Source of the DNA: Methanobacteriota archaeon
GTDB taxonomy: Archaea > Methanobacteriota > Methanobacteria > Methanobacteriales > Methanobacteriaceae
Assembly: GCA_963787255.1 (NCBI GenBank)
Contig: CAWBCJ010000001.1
Location: forward strand, 64,001-128,000
Direction: 5' to 3'
DNA length: 64,000 bases
How positions within the stretch are numbered: position 1 is the stretch's first letter; every line of letters begins with the position of its first letter. The notes below the pieces were generated by a model. It had not been told where the DNA came from. It saw only the letters and a program-made list of their open reading frames with translations, and made no database searches. This document shows, piece after piece, positions 33,517 to 44,308 of the stretch. Position numbers and translations under genes: made by a program.

Positions 33517-33765
33517 CTATGATTTTTTCCCTTTCTCTGCTTTTTTTTGTACTTCATCTGATACAGAAGCCAGCATTATATATCCTTCGCCTTCTATATT
33601 TGCAGTCAAGCTTTCAGGATATATTTTCCACCCTTTACGTTCAAAAATATTTAATCTTTTTTCTATATCCAGTATTCTATCTAATTCATCCCTGATAGGA
33701 TTTCCATCAGAATTTACATCTCCAAACGATATAACTTTCCACTCTTTAGCCATTGAAAAAATCAC
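33517..33765 (-). CDS. Hypothetical protein
   Basis: 82 aa ORF with protein-like composition; GGAG precedes, probable start at M-AKEW. Confidence 0.5.
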   Translation of the reverse strand: MIFSMAKEWKVISFGDVNSDGNPIRDELDRILDIEKRLNIFERKGWKIYPESLTANIEGEGYIMLASVSDEVQKKAEKGKKS

Positions 33766-34022
33766 TCCAAAACATAGTTTTCTGCTATTATTTTTATTTT
33801 AAAATATAAATAAATCTTTGTGGACATTTTTGTGGGGGGGCGAAACCATTAAATGGGAGGGTGGGATGTGGTTAGAGTATCAGAGCCATTTAGGGATATT
33901 ATAAACTGCTGAAAAAGTATAAAAAAGTTTATTTTTTATCAATATTAGTTATCTTTTTATTTCTTTGAAAACAAATAAAATGTATAATACACTAATTTTT
34001 TTTATGGGGAAGTGATGTTCTT

Positions 34023-34436
34023 ATGGAAAATAAAGGAAAAAACAGAAAAGGCGAGTATGTTGCTGCAATAATTTTTGGCCTGATTTTCTTGTACATTGTG
34101 AACAATTTACTCAATTGGAATATCTATTTTATTACTAATGCTCTTAATGAAGTGTTATGGATTGTAAATCTGTCAATAATAGCTACAATTATTGGAAATA
34201 TCTTTCTCCTCGTATATGATCCAGATTGGTTCCGCCATATAATTAAAATAATTATAAATATTATCACCCTCATCAGCACATACTTCGTCTACATTGTATT
34301 TCCATTTAATTTCTATAGTTCCTTCCTAAATTGGGGTCTAAGTATATTTTTGATATTGATTATGATCGGTATTGTAATAGCGATTATAGTAGAATTTTAT
34401 TTATTAGTAACTGGAAGAGCAGATATTAGAGATTAA
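34023..34436 (+). CDS. Hypothetical four-TM membrane protein
   Basis: 137 aa, four hydrophobic helices, VFPFNF motif. Confidence 0.7.
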   Translation: MENKGKNRKGEYVAAIIFGLIFLYIVNNLLNWNIYFITNALNEVLWIVNLSIIATIIGNIFLLVYDPDWFRHIIKIIINIITLISTYFVYIVFPFNFYSSFLNWGLSIFLILIMIGIVIAIIVEFYLLVTGRADIRD

Positions 34437-34721
34437 TCCTAAAAAATATGGCTTTCCATGTCTACTAGACTTGTTAATAATGCTTGATAATGTAAAATCT
34501 TTTAGTTATTAAAAATCAAACTTTTATGTATAATTGTATACTCAAAGAAGAGTATATACTGTTGGAGTATTCAATACATTATAATATAATAATGTTAATC
34601 TATTTCTTAAATTACTTTTAACATAATGATATTCTTAATACTTATAAAAAAAAACTATTATATTTCATAAATACTAGTGTATTATAATAAATGTCTTTAT
34701 ATAATTTTGAGGTGGAGATTT

Positions 34722-35102
34722 ATGCATGAACTTTCAATGGCAGATGCCATAGTAAAGACTGCAGTTGACGTTGCAGAAAAAAATGATGCTCAAGAAATTA
34801 TTGAAGTTACCATAGAAATTGGAAAATTAACTTTACTAAATCCTGAACAGCTTAAATTCATGATTGATGTTTTAAGCGAGAATACACTCCTTGAAGGAGC
34901 TGAAATTGTTATAGAAGATATTCCAATAGAAATAAAATGTAAATCATGTGATTTTATAGGACTTGCTCCTTCTGATGATCTTGATCATTTTGTACCTATT
35001 GTAAATTGTCCCGAATGTGAAGGGCAAAATTTAGAGATAACTAAAGGCAGAGAATGTAATGTTAAAAGTATTAAAATAGAAAAGGAGGATGACGATGCAT
35101 AA
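34722..35102 (+). CDS. hypA: Hydrogenase nickel chaperone HypA
   Basis: MHELSMA start after GAGGTGGAG, CKSC/CPEC. Confidence 0.95.
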   Translation: MHELSMADAIVKTAVDVAEKNDAQEIIEVTIEIGKLTLLNPEQLKFMIDVLSENTLLEGAEIVIEDIPIEIKCKSCDFIGLAPSDDLDHFVPIVNCPECEGQNLEITKGRECNVKSIKIEKEDDDA

Positions 35103-35754
35103 AATTGCTGAAGTAGAGATACAGCACGATATTATGGTTGCAAATAAAAAGCTGGCCCAAAGAAATCAGAGAATATTTGACAAGGCAGGAGTATTTGCAA
35201 TTGATGTTTTAGGAGCAATAGGTTCTGGAAAAACTTCCCTTATAGAAAATCTCATAGATAAAATGGATTACAAAATAGGAGTCATAGCTGGTGACGTTAT
35301 AAGTAAATTCGACGCAGGCAGATTTGAAAATCATGACGTTCCTGTTGTTGGACTTAATACTGGAAGAGAGTGTCATTTAGATGCTCATCTTGTAGAACAT
35401 GCACTGGGTGATCTTCCACTTGAAGATTTAGAAATTCTTTTTATTGAAAATGTGGGAAATCTTATTTGTCCTGTTGATTTTGACCTTGGATCCCACATAA
35501 GAATGGTTGTTATTAGTGTAAGTGAAGGAGATGACACTGTAGAAAAACATCCTTTGATTTTTAAGGATGCTGACATTGTGGTTATTAACAAGGTAGATAT
35601 CGCTGAAGCTGTTGGTGCTGACGAAAATAAAATGGTTGACGATGTTTTAAAACTTAATCCTGGTGTTGTGGTTATTAAAAGCAGTTTAAAAACTGGTGAA
35701 GGGCTTGATGAAATAATAAATAACATTCAGAACTTCATAGACGAAATGAAATAA
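35095..35754 (+). CDS. hypB: Hydrogenase nickel incorporation GTPase HypB
   Basis: GAIGSGKT, ECHLDAH, ENVGNLICPVDFDLG, EGDD, NKVD. Confidence 0.96.
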   Translation: MHKIAEVEIQHDIMVANKKLAQRNQRIFDKAGVFAIDVLGAIGSGKTSLIENLIDKMDYKIGVIAGDVISKFDAGRFENHDVPVVGLNTGRECHLDAHLVEHALGDLPLEDLEILFIENVGNLICPVDFDLGSHIRMVVISVSEGDDTVEKHPLIFKDADIVVINKVDIAEAVGADENKMVDDVLKLNPGVVVIKSSLKTGEGLDEIINNIQNFIDEMK

Positions 35755-35919
35755 TACGTCCAACACTTATTATTTTTTTTTATTTTATTAAAACGAGTTA
35801 AAAACAGTTAATTCATTTTTTTTATGTCTGTGGTTTAGTCAAAAAAATATATTTTAATTTTAATAGTAAGCTTTTACGGCTTGAAAATTAGAGATTTCGA
35901 CAGTTTTGTTATAAAAGAG

Positions 35920-35993
<74 letters not shown>

Positions 35994-36112
35994 TCATTTT
36001 TTGTACCATGAATACTTTTTTTAGATATAAAAGATTCAAGTATATTAACAATTAAATATCTTGATATTTAAATTTAATGTATCTACTTATATTTTTTTAA
36101 GAGGGATGTATA

Positions 36113-36637
36113 ATGGAAGATTTAGTTATTAGAAATACTTTAGAAAAAGATTTTATTAAAATAGCAGAAGTTGCAGAAGAATGTAAACCCATGGAAACAG
36201 AAAGAAATTCCATTTATCATATTTTCACAAAATACTTTAATAGCACATGCTTTGTTGCAGAATTACCTTCCGGAGTGATTGGTGGGTTTCTGTTAGGATT
36301 CATATCCCCGGAAAACCCTGAAGAAGCTTATATCCACCTCTTGTGTGTTGATCCAAAGATAAGGGGGCGGGATATTGGCAGGAAACTGGTAGAATTGTTT
36401 ATAGAAAAGGTTGCTTTAAAAGGTTGTAAAAAAGTGATTTTAATTACAAAACCTATTAACTGGAATTCAATATCGTTTTATAAAAAATTAGGTTTTATTG
36501 AAGAAAAAAGTGGAGAAACCATGAATGTTCTAGGTACAACCGCCATTAAAAATTATGATGGTGATGGAGAGCACATGGTAGTTTTTTATAAGTTTATAGA
36601 ACCCCTAACCCTTAATCTTACTTCTTTTTTGGAATAA
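36113..36637 (+). CDS. GNAT family N-acetyltransferase
   Basis: CVDPKIRGRDIG acetyl-CoA motif, SISFYKKLGF. Confidence 0.88.
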   Translation: MEDLVIRNTLEKDFIKIAEVAEECKPMETERNSIYHIFTKYFNSTCFVAELPSGVIGGFLLGFISPENPEEAYIHLLCVDPKIRGRDIGRKLVELFIEKVALKGCKKVILITKPINWNSISFYKKLGFIEEKSGETMNVLGTTAIKNYDGDGEHMVVFYKFIEPLTLNLTSFLE

Positions 36638-36672
36638 TACCAAGTAAATATCAGTTAAAAATTAAAAAAATA

Positions 36673-36706
36673 TAAAGGAATAATGAAATATTATATTATT
36701 CCTTTA
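36673..36706. terminator. Hairpin between convergent GNAT and PepSY genes
   Basis: TAAAGGAATAAT/ATTATTCCTTTA perfect 12-bp stem. Confidence 0.6.
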
Positions 36707-36730
36707 AAGTGAATTTGGAGAATAATAGAA

Positions 36731-37108
36731 CTATGGAGCTCCTCCAGCACCGCCCAGATTTTTACCGGTTTGTGCATCTAATTCTATTTCCCCTACTTGT
36801 TCCCCGTTAAGCATAACAGGTACAACGTAAACCTTTTTACCATTTACATTGATCATTTTTGGTGTGCCTGCTTTTGCTCCAGGCTCTTCAATATATTTTT
36901 GAGCTATTTCCTGCGCCTTTAAAGCAGATATTACTGTTGTTGTGCTTGTAGTTAAATTGCTGCTATTGTTAATTTGGTTATTTTGCTGTTTTTGTTGATC
37001 AACAGAATTGTTTGTGGAATTATCATTTCCATCACCACCATAAGCAGCAAATACAATACCAACTGCAGCAACTATTGCCAATATAGCAATTATTGATTTT
37101 TTCATCAT
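36731..37108 (-). CDS. Secreted PepSY-domain protein
   Basis: Signal peptide, N/Q/T-rich linker, ISALKAQEIA...VYVV...GEIELDAQTGK. Confidence 0.8.
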   Translation of the reverse strand: MMKKSIIAILAIVAAVGIVFAAYGGDGNDNSTNNSVDQQKQQNNQINNSSNLTTSTTTVISALKAQEIAQKYIEEPGAKAGTPKMINVNGKKVYVVPVMLNGEQVGEIELDAQTGKNLGGAGGAP

Positions 37109-37886
37109 CTTAGTTACCTCATTTTCATTTTATATTCAAAGTATTCCTTATTAGAAAGGCAAAGATGTGCATATATACCTTTTATTATTACATTACTGTT
37201 ATCAACAGTACTGTATTTTGGCAGTTTTTGCATCTGCTGTGCTTATGCCCGCTATACCAGTCAATGATAGACCGGATATTAATAGAACTGCAAAAAGCAA
37301 TTTTTTTGTAATATATACCGCCTCCGATTCCCAATCATAAAAAAACCCATATTAGAGTTTTCCTCAAGGTAGGCAATAATTACATGATTATAACATATAA
37401 AACTTCTGGTTTTAATTCCTGAAAAAGACACTTATTGAACTCTTTTATTGATTTAGGACACGCTAAATGGTTATATAAACAAGTCTAATAGAGGGAACTA
37501 TCTCCATTAGTCTTTTTAATAAATCCTGCTATTTTTAAACCTTATTTAAAAAAAAGGGCACGTTACTATACTTTTACAATGCCCTCATTTTTGTTTTCTA
37601 CAATTTTCAAGTGTTCTAGGTGAAAATAGCAAGCTAAAGCCTATAAATTTTAAGAATATATAAATACATTTTAAAAAAAAAGTAAAAAAAAAATATTTCA
37701 AAATAATATAATTCCTACCATATTGATAACACAAAAAAATTTTTAAAAGGTTATATTTAATAGTAAAGTGAAGATATGTATAAAAATATAAATATTAACA
37801 AAATATACTTGATTAATTATTTTTCTAGGATCAATATTTTTATAAAATATCATAATTTTACTTAATCAGAATAATCTAATGCTATT

Positions 37887-37903
37887 AAGTCCACAGTGGA
37901 CTT
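37887..37903. promoter_or_regulatory. Perfect palindrome abutting an RBS
   Basis: AAGTCCAC-A-GTGGACTT immediately followed by GGAGG of the 37916 gene. Confidence 0.45.
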
Positions 37904-37915
37904 GGAGGAATAAAA

Positions 37916-38992
37916 TTGGCTTTAATTGCTGAAAATCATCTTCAGTTTATAATAGAACTACTAGTTATCATGCAAATAGGCGTAATGTTCATATTTAATT
38001 TAATACCCCTTTCATTAAGTCTCGTGCTTTTTATTGCACTTATAGGCAGTTTAGGATTTTTAATAATGTTTGGTATTGACGCAACATTCCTATTTTTACC
38101 TATGGGACATTATGAATTTGCCCATCCATACGGGCCGCTGGCTCTTTTTGCAATTATAACTTCCTTGGCTGCATTACCAATGATGAAAGAAGTTGGAATT
38201 AAAGTAACCCATTTAAGGCTGTTTATATTCATCGTAATAGCCTTAATTACCATTTTTGGAGGAATAATGCACAGATCTTTCTTAATCTTATGGTTTTTAG
38301 GTCTGCTGCTTGGTTTCTTCATCATTTCTAAATCATTCCGTCAAAAATCGGTATTTACAGTAAAAAGAATGATTTCTGTAGCTGCTGTAGTGCTTTTAGG
38401 TTTTGGATCCCTCGAAGTACTGGCCAGTGCCCTACAGATGCCTGTTTTAAGCCCGCTTTTAAGAATTTCCAGAATTGAAGATTACGCTCTTCCAAGCCTT
38501 AGCATGGTAATAAAGAACTCTGCAATGTTTGGACATGTACAGGGAGCCTGTTATTGGGGTCCTACTTGTAGTGGAGGATCAGAGGGTTATGTAACATTGC
38601 CCATGTCCTTAATCACATTATTTGGTCTGCCTTTCCCCGTATTTTACGGAATTTTGGTAAGTAAAAAAGATGTAATAGATTACATGCTGCCGGGAATATT
38701 TGGATACACTTTTGATTTTGGATACGCTACTTTAATCCTTCTTTTACTTTGGTGCGTAGGAGTAACTATATTAGGTTTTAAAATGCTTAAAATGTACCGT
38801 TTTAAAAGGGAAAGTGGAAATAAGAAATATCTTGGAAGGGAAGCATTGCTTATTGGAGCCCTCGCTGCATTTATAGCGCAGGCATTGGTGGGATTATTCG
38901 TAATGAACCGATCCATTAACGGAACAGCACTATTAACATTCCTATTCATAGGTACTTTTATTGTAAGTCATATACTGATCATTAGGAAGTAA
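37916..38992 (+). CDS. Conserved polytopic membrane protein
   Basis: 358 aa, ~10 TM segments, GGAGG RBS, TTG start. Confidence 0.75.
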   Translation: MALIAENHLQFIIELLVIMQIGVMFIFNLIPLSLSLVLFIALIGSLGFLIMFGIDATFLFLPMGHYEFAHPYGPLALFAIITSLAALPMMKEVGIKVTHLRLFIFIVIALITIFGGIMHRSFLILWFLGLLLGFFIISKSFRQKSVFTVKRMISVAAVVLLGFGSLEVLASALQMPVLSPLLRISRIEDYALPSLSMVIKNSAMFGHVQGACYWGPTCSGGSEGYVTLPMSLITLFGLPFPVFYGILVSKKDVIDYMLPGIFGYTFDFGYATLILLLLWCVGVTILGFKMLKMYRFKRESGNKKYLGREALLIGALAAFIAQALVGLFVMNRSINGTALLTFLFIGTFIVSHILIIRK

Positions 38993-39039
38993 CAAAAGAA
39001 ATTCTTAATTATACTAGAATATAAAGGAGAAAATAGAAT

Positions 39040-39513
39040 ATGAAAAAAGCTCTAATATTGTTAGGATGTCCTGAATCACCATCACAGACTCCGATGGCAG
39101 TTTATGTAACCTACAAACTTAAACAGATGGGTTATGATGTTACAACCGCAAGTACCCCATCAGCAATGAAACTTTTAGAAGTAGGAGATCCAGAAGGACA
39201 CTATATCGAAAATAAAATTGATATAGACTCCTGTATCAATGATCTTCATGAAGGAATGTTCGATGTTCTAATAGGATTTATTCACAAAGATGCTGCAGTT
39301 TCATACTTTGTAACATTTAACAGTATACTTGAAACAACATCAATTGCCATTATCTTTGAAAAAGACGCTGAAAAACTGGAAGAATTCCAAAATATGGTTT
39401 CAGAAAGTACTAACGCAACAATTGTATCTGCAAGAGCTTACCACAATCCAACTCCCCTAAGGGTCAGATTCGATAAAACAATTAAAAAATTAAATGAATC
39501 AGGTAAAATTTGA
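39040..39513 (+). CDS. DUF1890 family protein
   Basis: KALILLGCPESPSQTP, DPEGHY, AYHNPTPL. Confidence 0.85.
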   Translation: MKKALILLGCPESPSQTPMAVYVTYKLKQMGYDVTTASTPSAMKLLEVGDPEGHYIENKIDIDSCINDLHEGMFDVLIGFIHKDAAVSYFVTFNSILETTSIAIIFEKDAEKLEEFQNMVSESTNATIVSARAYHNPTPLRVRFDKTIKKLNESGKI

Positions 39514-39569
39514 GTTAAATAACCTCAAATATAAATAATATAATGAAATAATTGGAGGAGTTTATATAA

Positions 39570-39872
39570 ATGTTTTGTCTAGAAACATATTTACAGGAAT
39601 CAGAAGATTATGAAGTATTGATATCCCGTGCAGGCTTTAAAGACTGTGCCCGGGTAATTGATGAGCATGCTCCTGAAGTAATTCACGTTAAGCCTGGCGA
39701 AAAAATTTTAGGTGCAAGAATTATTGGAATACCTCCAGTTCCCGTTGGAATCAATAAAGAAAAGGGCACTATACTTTTTCCTTACACCAAACCCTGCTAT
39801 GGAACTGCAGTAGTTGAAATACCCGTTGGAGAAGAAGAAATTTCCAATGTAAGAGAACTAAACATCGATTAA
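39570..39872 (+). CDS. DUF1894 family protein
   Basis: MFCLE..YEVL..FKDC..PYTKPCYGT; typical partner of DUF1890. Confidence 0.85.
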   Translation: MFCLETYLQESEDYEVLISRAGFKDCARVIDEHAPEVIHVKPGEKILGARIIGIPPVPVGINKEKGTILFPYTKPCYGTAVVEIPVGEEEISNVRELNID

Positions 39873-39974
39873 TACATCTAATATTATTTTTTTTCATCAT
39901 AAAAAACTAAATTTTTTAATTATATTTTTTTTTGATGCCAATACTAAATCACAAAAAGAAACAAATTGAAGGGA

Positions 39975-40325
39975 TTAGTGGTGTTGAATTAGCGCTATTC
40001 GGACTCCATTTGGGTCTTCTATAAATGCAAGAAGTCCAACTGTTATTTGCATGGGTTCCATTGTGACTTTAGCACCTTTAGATTTAAGTTCTTTAATTGT
40101 AGTGTTTAAGTCTTCAACATCCATTCCTATTGAAAATAATCCAGGTTCATCTACTGGATTTTTAATGATTTCCACCATAGTTTCTCCTTCACCTTTCAAT
40201 AGTGTAATTTTTCCTGCTGGTCCTAGATCGTATTGACTATCTATTTCAAATCCCATAACTTCTGTATAGAATTTAATTGACTCATCCATATCATTAACTA
40301 TCATGGTAGCGTATTTAATTTTCAT
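39975..40325 (-). CDS. VOC/glyoxalase family protein
   Basis: [17 protein letters not shown]...[12 protein letters not shown] (ORF open to 40343). Confidence 0.88.
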   Translation of the reverse strand: MKIKYATMIVNDMDESIKFYTEVMGFEIDSQYDLGPAGKITLLKGEGETMVEIIKNPVDEPGLFSIGMDVEDLNTTIKELKSKGAKVTMEPMQITVGLLAFIEDPNGVRIALIQHH

Positions 40326-40506
40326 ATTCTTTTCACCATCCATTGATTCTATTTTTTTTCCAATCTTTTATAAAAATGGAAGCTTGTTCATTATAGCTCA
40401 TTTAAATCAAATCCCATAATCAACTTTTATTTTCTATTTAATAATAAAAGAAGCAATATAATTAAATTTTTCTAATTTTTCATGAAAAATGAGTAATCCA
40501 AATAAT

Positions 40507-40546
40507 TATAGCGACCTTATGGCTAAAAATAGTCGAGTTTAAGGAG
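40507..40546 (+). repeat. Dispersed intergenic imperfect palindrome, copy 1
   Basis: TATAGCGACCTTATGGCTAAAAATAGTCGAGTTTAAGGAG. Confidence 0.85.
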
Positions 40547-40567
40547 TAAAAATAACAAAATTAAATT

Positions 40568-41209
40568 CTATTTTTTCTTCCTTCTTTTCTTTATAATATA
40601 ATACAACACTAAGAAGATAATAGTTAAAGTTACAATATTGCCCAACGTGGATAACTGACCCTCAAGTTCCAGATAAATGTTTCCAAAAAACCACGACAGA
40701 AGGCCCCATGCAAATATCTGCACCATAGAACCGAAAAATGTGGTGAGAAGGTACTTTTTCAGGTCGTATTTTATTAAGCCGCAGAAGAGGTTGATGGCAA
40801 TGCTAGGAATAATGGGAATGCATCGGGCCAGAAAGATGGATAGATCATCAAAGCGGCTTTTTTTGAATCTTTTTTCGATATTAGCCACATCCTCCATTGA
40901 TACCCCCATATATTTCCCGGTTCTTTCTATGAATGGTTTTTCTAATTTATAGGCCAAATAATAGTAAAATAGAGAACCTATGGTGGTTCCTAGAGAAGCA
41001 GGAATGACAATTTTTATTAAAAGAATCCCTAATGAATTGAGAGATAGGGAAACTCCTTGTAAGGTGATGAGGCTAGTTGTTATTACAATTATGCTGGCGG
41101 GGATAGGGACAATGATCTGCTCCAAAATACACCCCAAAAAGACAGCCCAAGCACCATTATTAATTATAAATGATTCTAAACCACTTAATACAGAATATAA
41201 CATTATCAA
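40568..41209 (-). CDS. DedA/VTT family membrane protein
   Basis: LEQIIVPIPA, GTTIGS, FLARCIPIIP. Confidence 0.88.
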   Translation of the reverse strand: MIMLYSVLSGLESFIINNGAWAVFLGCILEQIIVPIPASIIVITTSLITLQGVSLSLNSLGILLIKIVIPASLGTTIGSLFYYYLAYKLEKPFIERTGKYMGVSMEDVANIEKRFKKSRFDDLSIFLARCIPIIPSIAINLFCGLIKYDLKKYLLTTFFGSMVQIFAWGLLSWFFGNIYLELEGQLSTLGNIVTLTIIFLVLYYIIKKRRKKK

Positions 41210-41470
41210 ACCTCTAAATATAGATTAATTTCTTTTTATAGATTATCCCTTGTTTTTAGTTCGTTTTATAAAGCAATAAAGTTTTTCTTCACTGGAGTTC
41301 TCTGAAAACTCTATATCATCATCTTATAATTAGGAGTGATCCTATAATTTTTTTTTATGAATCTCCGTTTTTATTCATTAATAGATTAATGAACTTAATT
41401 TTAAGCATATCATTTTCCCTTCTTCAATCATATTATACATAGTTTTAATTCTATATTAAATATTATATAT

Positions 41471-41895
41471 TTAAATTGAATTTAACTCTTTTAATCCATT
41501 AAAAAGGAAATATACGCCTATTATGAAAATTAAGCCTGCTGTTAAGTATTGCCCATTCTTTTGAATCCACTTATTTAATTTAGAAAGAATATCATCGGCC
41601 TTTTGGGGAACAAAAAAATACAATAATTAAAGGTATTTCCACTAATAAAAGAGTTATTATCACCAGTACTATTAATGAAATCATTTTACTAGTCCATATT
41701 GCATCAGATAATGCTATTTCATTACTTGCAAAAAATACCAAAACAGTAGTGATTAAATTTAAAGAAAAAAGACCCATTGCCAATAAAGCGCTGCTCCAAA
41801 ATCCCAAAGCATTTCTCTCTTTTATCTGATTTTCTATTTTCTCCTTATCATAACCATAATCCTTCTTAATGACAGTTTTAATTCCAAAATAAAAA
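41471..41895 (-). pseudogene. 5'-truncated, frameshifted GAP (Sap-like) family membrane protein remnant
   Basis: YFGIKTVIKK...NLITTVLVF..EIPLIIVFF then shift in a T7 run (41612-41618) to VPQKADDILSKLNKWIQKNG...GLKELNSI*; no start. Confidence 0.6.
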
Positions 41896-42029
41896 ATATA
41901 TTAATTTTCTATAATTTTTTTGAAAATTAAATGTGGTTATCTTTTTTCAATTGTAATAAATAACATCAAAAAGTTATTATTATAATTTAAACATATGATG
42001 TTATAATCTAGTGAGAGGTGAAAAAAATC

Positions 42030-42314
42030 ATGAAATATATTGTTTTGGGGAAATGGACAGATCAGGGAAGGAAAACTACTAAAGATGCTAAAAAAAGAAT
42101 TGAAACCGCACAAAATTTAGTAAAAGAACAAAATGGGAATATGAGCATTTGCTTCACCATGGGCAAATACGATTTTGTCGCAATTGTAGACATGCCCAAC
42201 GAAGAGGGCATGGTAAAAGTTCTCATGAAACTTAACATTATGAACAATGTTATAACTGAAACTCTTAAAGCTTGGACCGATTCTGAGTTCGTAAAAATAG
42301 TTTCTGAACTTTAA
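42030..42314 (+). CDS. GYD domain-containing protein
   Basis: YIVLGKWTDQG...TMGKYDFVAIVDMP...TETLKA. Confidence 0.85.
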   Translation: MKYIVLGKWTDQGRKTTKDAKKRIETAQNLVKEQNGNMSICFTMGKYDFVAIVDMPNEEGMVKVLMKLNIMNNVITETLKAWTDSEFVKIVSEL

Positions 42315-43321
42315 TTAACAAATTTAGCACAAAATAAAAATTACTAGCAGAGGATCATTAAATTAATAAAAGTAAGCAAAAATTAAAAATAATTGTAGGT
42401 TAAGAGTTGAATCTGAATTTGTCTAATTTAAAATCAAATTCACTCATTTTAACAATGAAATGTGCCTAATCTGGAACATTTAAATTTAATATTTTCCTTT
42501 ATAAAAATGTTCTTTCAAGTCTTTAGAGTTATATTGGACAGAAGATATAATGGTCTTCTGAGTGTCTAACAAAAATCAATATCTCCAAATCCTACTATTT
42601 GGAATACCATTTTTTTTAACTCCTTATTTTTTTAAATTTCAAACTATAAACCAACAACATCCCCGCAACAAATGATAAATAATATCCCCACAATTCAAAC
42701 ATTTTTAACCGCCCCTCTTGAAAATAACCAATGCTTTTCAATTATCTATTATGTCCAATTTGCATTAGCAAGTAGATTATGCTACTATTGGTTTTGTTCT
42801 ATTACATATTCTTTTCGTTTTTTCATTTTGCAATTAATATCCTGGTTTCTATGAAAGCATTTTTAATTCTTCCATTTTAAAAATATATAAAAAATGAGCA
42901 TAAGTTTCTGGTTTCATCTACATTTGTAGCAAGACTTAAACCTGAAAGTGGCATTCCGCCCAGTTTTTCAAAGTCAGCTTTACTAATAATTTTAACTTGT
43001 TCATCCTATTCCGAAGGGATTGTTTTCGTCTAACATTATAAATGTATTTGTAGTGTTCTATTCTGCGTTCCCGCATCTTTTTATCAATTAATATGGATAC
43101 ATTCTTACATTTACGTACTGTTGCATCTGTCATGTTCATTTTTAACACCGGTAATCTATAAGTGCTGTTATTTTTAATGGGTTTGGTGTAAGAGCAGGAA
43201 AGTAAAATTTTTTTTAATATTTTTTTATGAGAATTAAATATTACTTTTAATAAATTATTTATTAATTAGTTTATATAACTAATCAGTAAATATATGCAAA
43301 AAAAATAAGAGGAGAAAGAAA

Positions 43322-43774
43322 ATGCAGAAATTAAATCATTCAATTATTATTAATGCGCCAAAAGATAAGGTTTGGCATACCATGCTCGATAATGACACCT
43401 ACAGAGAATGGACAGAAGTATTTCATGTTGGTTCACACTATGTCGGTGACTGGAGTGAAGGTAGCAAAATACTCTTCCTTGGACCTGACGAAAATGACAA
43501 GATGTCTGGAATGGTGAGCAAAATAAAAGAGAATAGGCCGTATGAATACATCTCAATTGAGCACATTGGCATCGTAGCAGATGGAAAAGAGGATACTTCG
43601 AGTAAAGAAGCTAAGGACTGGGCTGGAGCACTTGAAAATTACACATTTAAAGAAATGGATGGTAAAACTGAAGTGATGGTAGATGTGGATACAGATGATG
43701 AGTTCGTTGAGATGTTCCAGGAAATGTGGCCGAAAGCACTGCAAAAACTCAAAGAACTGGCGGAAAAAACATGA
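43322..43774 (+). CDS. SRPBCC (AHSA1-like) domain protein
   Basis: IIINAPKDKVW..YREWT..GDWSEGSKI..WPKALQKLKEL. Confidence 0.85.
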   Translation: MQKLNHSIIINAPKDKVWHTMLDNDTYREWTEVFHVGSHYVGDWSEGSKILFLGPDENDKMSGMVSKIKENRPYEYISIEHIGIVADGKEDTSSKEAKDWAGALENYTFKEMDGKTEVMVDVDTDDEFVEMFQEMWPKALQKLKELAEKT

Positions 43775-44238
43775 GTGAAAATTTACAACAATCCCCAGAA
43801 CCAAACCCTGCACTAAAGCGCCTAAATATATTGGTAGGTACATGGAGTATAAAAGGCCGTACACTTGATTCTACGGAAGATAATGTTTCTGCAAGGACTA
43901 CTTTTGAGTGGTTACCTGGTGGATTCTTTCTAAAACAGACTTTTGAGGCTGATTTTGCAGGCGTAAAAATTCAGAGCTTGGAAATAATTGGTTATGACCC
44001 CTCAAGTGATACTTTCCCTTCCACTGTCTATTCCAATCTGAGTGGAGATCCGATTCCATATCGATATGATATTAAAGGCAAAGACCTAACAATCACAACA
44101 GATCTCGCTGGTGGGGCTAAAAGTACTGGGAAAATTAGTGAAGACGGGAATACATTCACCGGAGGGTGGAGACCAAAGCCCGGTAAGGAAGGCTCCGGAA
44201 ATGTGGCTTATGACTATGTGGGCAAACGGGTGAAGTAG
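43771..44238 (+). CDS. DUF1579-like beta-barrel protein
   Basis: PNPALKRLNILVGTW...EWLPGGFFL...EIIGYD; ATGA overlap with upstream stop. Confidence 0.7.
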   Translation: MSENLQQSPEPNPALKRLNILVGTWSIKGRTLDSTEDNVSARTTFEWLPGGFFLKQTFEADFAGVKIQSLEIIGYDPSSDTFPSTVYSNLSGDPIPYRYDIKGKDLTITTDLAGGAKSTGKISEDGNTFTGGWRPKPGKEGSGNVAYDYVGKRVK

Positions 44239-44308
44239 AGGTCATATTTGGCTGAATGTGCGACTTAATGGATAAAAAATAGAATAAAGTAGAATAGGAG
44301 AAATTTTA

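Noticed and set aside
40519-40542. Micro-ORF MAKNSRV* inside the dispersed repeat
   Set aside because: No RBS; start codon and frame are not kept in copy 3, so conservation is at the DNA level.
42672-43148. ORFs 42672-42854 (+) and 42936-43148 (-)
   Set aside because: No RBS or recognisable motif; probably decayed DNA.
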